A stretch of DNA of 64,000 bases. It comes from Neocallimastix sp. 'constans' (Eukaryota). The notes under the pieces are model-generated. The model was not told the origin of the DNA and did not search any database. It saw only the letters and a list, made by a program, of their open reading frames with translations. The stretch spans positions 806,001 to 870,000 of the forward strand of contig JBODTK010000010.1 of NCBI GenBank assembly GCA_050613775.1, written 5' to 3'. Below are positions 60,921 to 64,000 of this stretch, in pieces; position 1 is the first letter of the stretch, and every line of letters begins with the position of its first letter. The position numbers were made by a program, and so were the translations under genes.

Positions 60921-61064
60921 GGAGGAAGGTCACTTGAGTCCTTTAAAATTTTTATAGGAAACCCTTTTCAAGTGAGTGACCATTTCATTGAAATTGTGAA
61001 AATTCTAAAATTTAATAAAATTAAAATTTTGTTAATAAAATTGATGGTTGGGAATATAATGGTA

Positions 61065-61098
<34 letters not shown>

Positions 61099-62810
61099 AA
61101 TGTATTTGATTTAGAATTTTTGAAATTGAAAATTTGAAATTGAAATTTTGAAATTTTAATTTCAATTAACTTTTTAATTTGTAGCATTAAATTTTTAAAA
61201 AAACATGAAAATTATAATAATTTATAAAATTTTGATTATAATGAATTATAAATTGATTGTTAAGAGTGTATTATAGCTATATTTTTTGAATTTTGAAATT
61301 TTGAAATTGCAATTTCGTGTTGTAATTATTGAAAAATTAAAATTAACTAAAAAAAAAAAAAAAAAAAAAAAAAAATAGATAATAATAAAGTAAAAGTTAA
61401 AAAATTAATAATAAAAAATATAATTTCCAAAATTTTTTTTTTTTTTTTTTTTTTTAATTATATGCAATCGAAGTAAGCTTCCTTCCATTCTTTAAATATA
61501 ATAAATAAATGTCTTGATTTCTTGGGTTGTTTTCAACTTCCTCTGAAGGAACCCAATCATTTGTATTTTTATATTTGTACTTTAAATATAATAAATAAAT
61601 GTCTTGATTTCTTGGGTTGTTTTCAACTTCCTCTGAAGGAACCCAATCATTTGTATTTTTATATTTGTACCTTAACACGATATTCATAACATTTTTTTTC
61701 TTATAGTTAGTCCTTAATCCAGAAATTTTCGATAATATCCTTAATAGATTCTTCATGAGATCTTCATTTTTCTATATTCTAGAGGAGTAGGAATGAAAGG
61801 CTCGAGCTCGGATATATGGAATACTGGATGGTGTTTAGGAAAAGGAGATCTTTTTAAATCCATTTTATAATTATTATTATCCAAGGCTTCAAGTACTTTA
61901 TCAGGTTCGTTCTTACAAGGTGATAATTTAGAATTATCTTCGATATTGAGTGAAGAAGGAGTTTGAACCCATACGAAGTCACCTTCTTTAAAAACAGGAG
62001 GTTCTAATCTTTTCTTATCAGCATGCCCTTTATATAATTCTTTGGAATGTAGTAAGACGTCTTTAATGTGATTGAAAACTAGTATTTACATTTTTTATAT
62101 ATTTAAAAATTAGTATCCATTTGAGGTAATAAAAAGAATTTGTCCATGGAAGGATGGAACCCATAATTTATAAAGAAAGGAGTTTTCCTTAGTAGATTCA
62201 TTAACCGAATTATTATATGTAAATTCTGCAAGGTATATCCAATCAATCAGTCAATCCAGTCATCATGATAATAAGCTCTTGAATATGCCCTAAGATATTA
62301 TTCAATAAAAGAGTTAACATCTTTCAACTTGTCCGACGGTTTCCTGATGTATCTATTTTTTGAAAAATTTTTATAATAAAATATATTTTTTATTTTTTCT
62401 TTTTAAAAATTTATTTTTAAAAATTTTTTTCTTTTTAATTCGTTTAAATAAAAATTATTGCCCTTATTTTTTATAGATTTATTTTTATGATTATTTAAGG
62501 TGTTATAATTTAAATAAGAATATAAGTTGTTATATTTTTATAATTATAATGTATTTTGAATTTTCTAATAAACTGATTACCAAAAAGTTAAATCAGTAGG
62601 AATACAATTTGAGATTAAGAATTTTTCTTTAAAAAATCTTTGAAAATAAAGTTTATTATATTTTTAAAAAATTTAATTTGGAAATTTAACCAAACAAATT
62701 GATCTAATTTGGTAGTTCTACCTGAAATATCTTTGACGAGGATTTTATTTTTTTGTTTTTTTGAATATTTAATTTTAATTAATTTACTAACTTTTCTGTA
62801 AATAAAATTG

Positions 62811-62968
62811 TAAAATTTTAAATTATTTGAATCCTAAACCCGAATCTACCAAAAATTGGTGGAGATATCGGGGAGTATTGGTTCTACCTTGGAAGAAGTC
62901 TTTTGGTTCTACTTGTAGTGGAGTTCTTAAAACTCATATAAAATTAAATTAAAATTAATTAAATATAA

Positions 62969-63008
<40 letters not shown>

Positions 63009-64000
63009 TTCTTTTATACTTTTTATTCATCATCATCATTAATAAATTATTATTTTTTTTTTTTTGAAGTTATCAGTTTGTGTGTGTTGTGATTGTTGTT
63101 GTTGTGATTGTGGTAATAATAAATTAACATTAATTTTATTTGGTCTTCGCGTGCTCCAAATAAAACTTCATACTGAGTGTACTGCGTACTAAGCGGTTAT
63201 AGATATTTCTATAATTGCGAGTGGTATAATCAAGTGTTTGGAGAGGGACCGATTACGAACTAATCAATCCCCGATTAGATATAAAGGTAAATACTGTTGG
63301 GAAGCAGAAATTACCCTATAGATCACCCATTATACGTTCAATACGGTTTGGGTGCTCTTAGAATTAAGAGGAATGAAAAAAAAAAAAATTTAAGGATTTC
63401 AATATTAAATATAAAACTTTATATTTATTTAAAGTTAAATAAAAAGAAGTCAAATAAGTGTTTTAGACTACAAAGACTCCATTGAAAACAATGTTGAAAC
63501 CTGGAAACATCTAATCTTATTTGATGACATTCTTCTGTCAAAAGCCTTTAAAATTGCTGAAAAAAGCAGATAGGTTAAATTATATGGGTTGTAATCAAAG
63601 AAGACATTCCTCTACCTTTTCACCTTCTGCAAATACTTCTTTTTTTAATAATAAAATTAATTAATTTTCATCCTCCTAAAAAAAAAAAAAAAAAAATAAG
63701 TTAGAACATAAAGGTAATATTAAAACCAAAGGAAGATAATGACATAGAGGAATTAACAAGAAAAATGAGAAATTTGACAATCAAGGAATTATTTCACAAA
63801 AATTTTGATATAATAGCGACAAAGACAGATGATTCTTGGTAAATTGAAACACCTCCCTCATAGGGATCGAACTAGTTCCAGGTGTCAGGTGCCCAAGCAA
63901 TAAAACAAAAATCATATAGAATAACCTCAATCACTTATATAGATGTATTAAAAAGGGGAAATTAATAAAATTAATTGAAAATTACCTTTATTGAACCTTC
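62811..64000 (+). mobile_element. Decayed Gypsy remnant E (element B-like): LTR end, tRNA-Ala PBS, broken pol fragment
   Basis: ..CCCGAATCTACCA then TGGTGGAG; frameshifted PH..IELVPG..IKQKSYRI near 63856-63925 resembles element B's YPHRINLIPGTTPIKQRAYRI. Confidence 0.7.

Larger units (their letters stand above)
59497..62810 (-). mobile_element. Decayed, internally deleted relative of element C (element D)
   Basis: 3' LTR 59497-60395, PPT, 3' UTR and integrase C-terminus (61454-62345) colinear with C but frameshifted. Sequence jumps directly to the protease region (~62350-62810); RT/RH are deleted. Confidence 0.88.

Overview
Extremely AT-rich eukaryotic DNA with short GT-AG introns. An axonemal dynein gene plus the base composition suggest a zoosporic fungus, probably an anaerobic gut fungus (Neocallimastigomycota); this is inference. 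The left ~33 kb is genic. It holds the 3' part of an axonemal dynein heavy chain, a syntaxin, a WD40 protein, a PRKRIP1 homolog and an intronless secreted protein. It also has three unusual items: (i) a ~24-unit compound tandem array enclosed by diverged, outward-pointing poly(A)-tailed inverted arms; (ii) an intronless, stand-alone C-terminal half of an RNA polymerase largest subunit (RpoA''/Rpb1-C-like, likely of DNA-virus origin); (iii) a large multi-intron Mutator-type DDE + SWIM gene, possibly a domesticated transposase. The right ~31 kb is a nest of LTR retrotransposons: a Copia fragment, three near-complete Ty3/Gypsy elements, two decayed Gypsy elements, two solo LTRs and small TIR elements. 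In this nest, elements repeatedly reused the same few target bases at LTR outer ends. Two chromoviruses have Tf1-type self-priming sites. One element has a 36-bp hairpin inversion between its two LTRs that flips a TATA-like box relative to the predicted start site. All calls come from reading motifs by eye; no searches were run and some exon/element borders are approximate.
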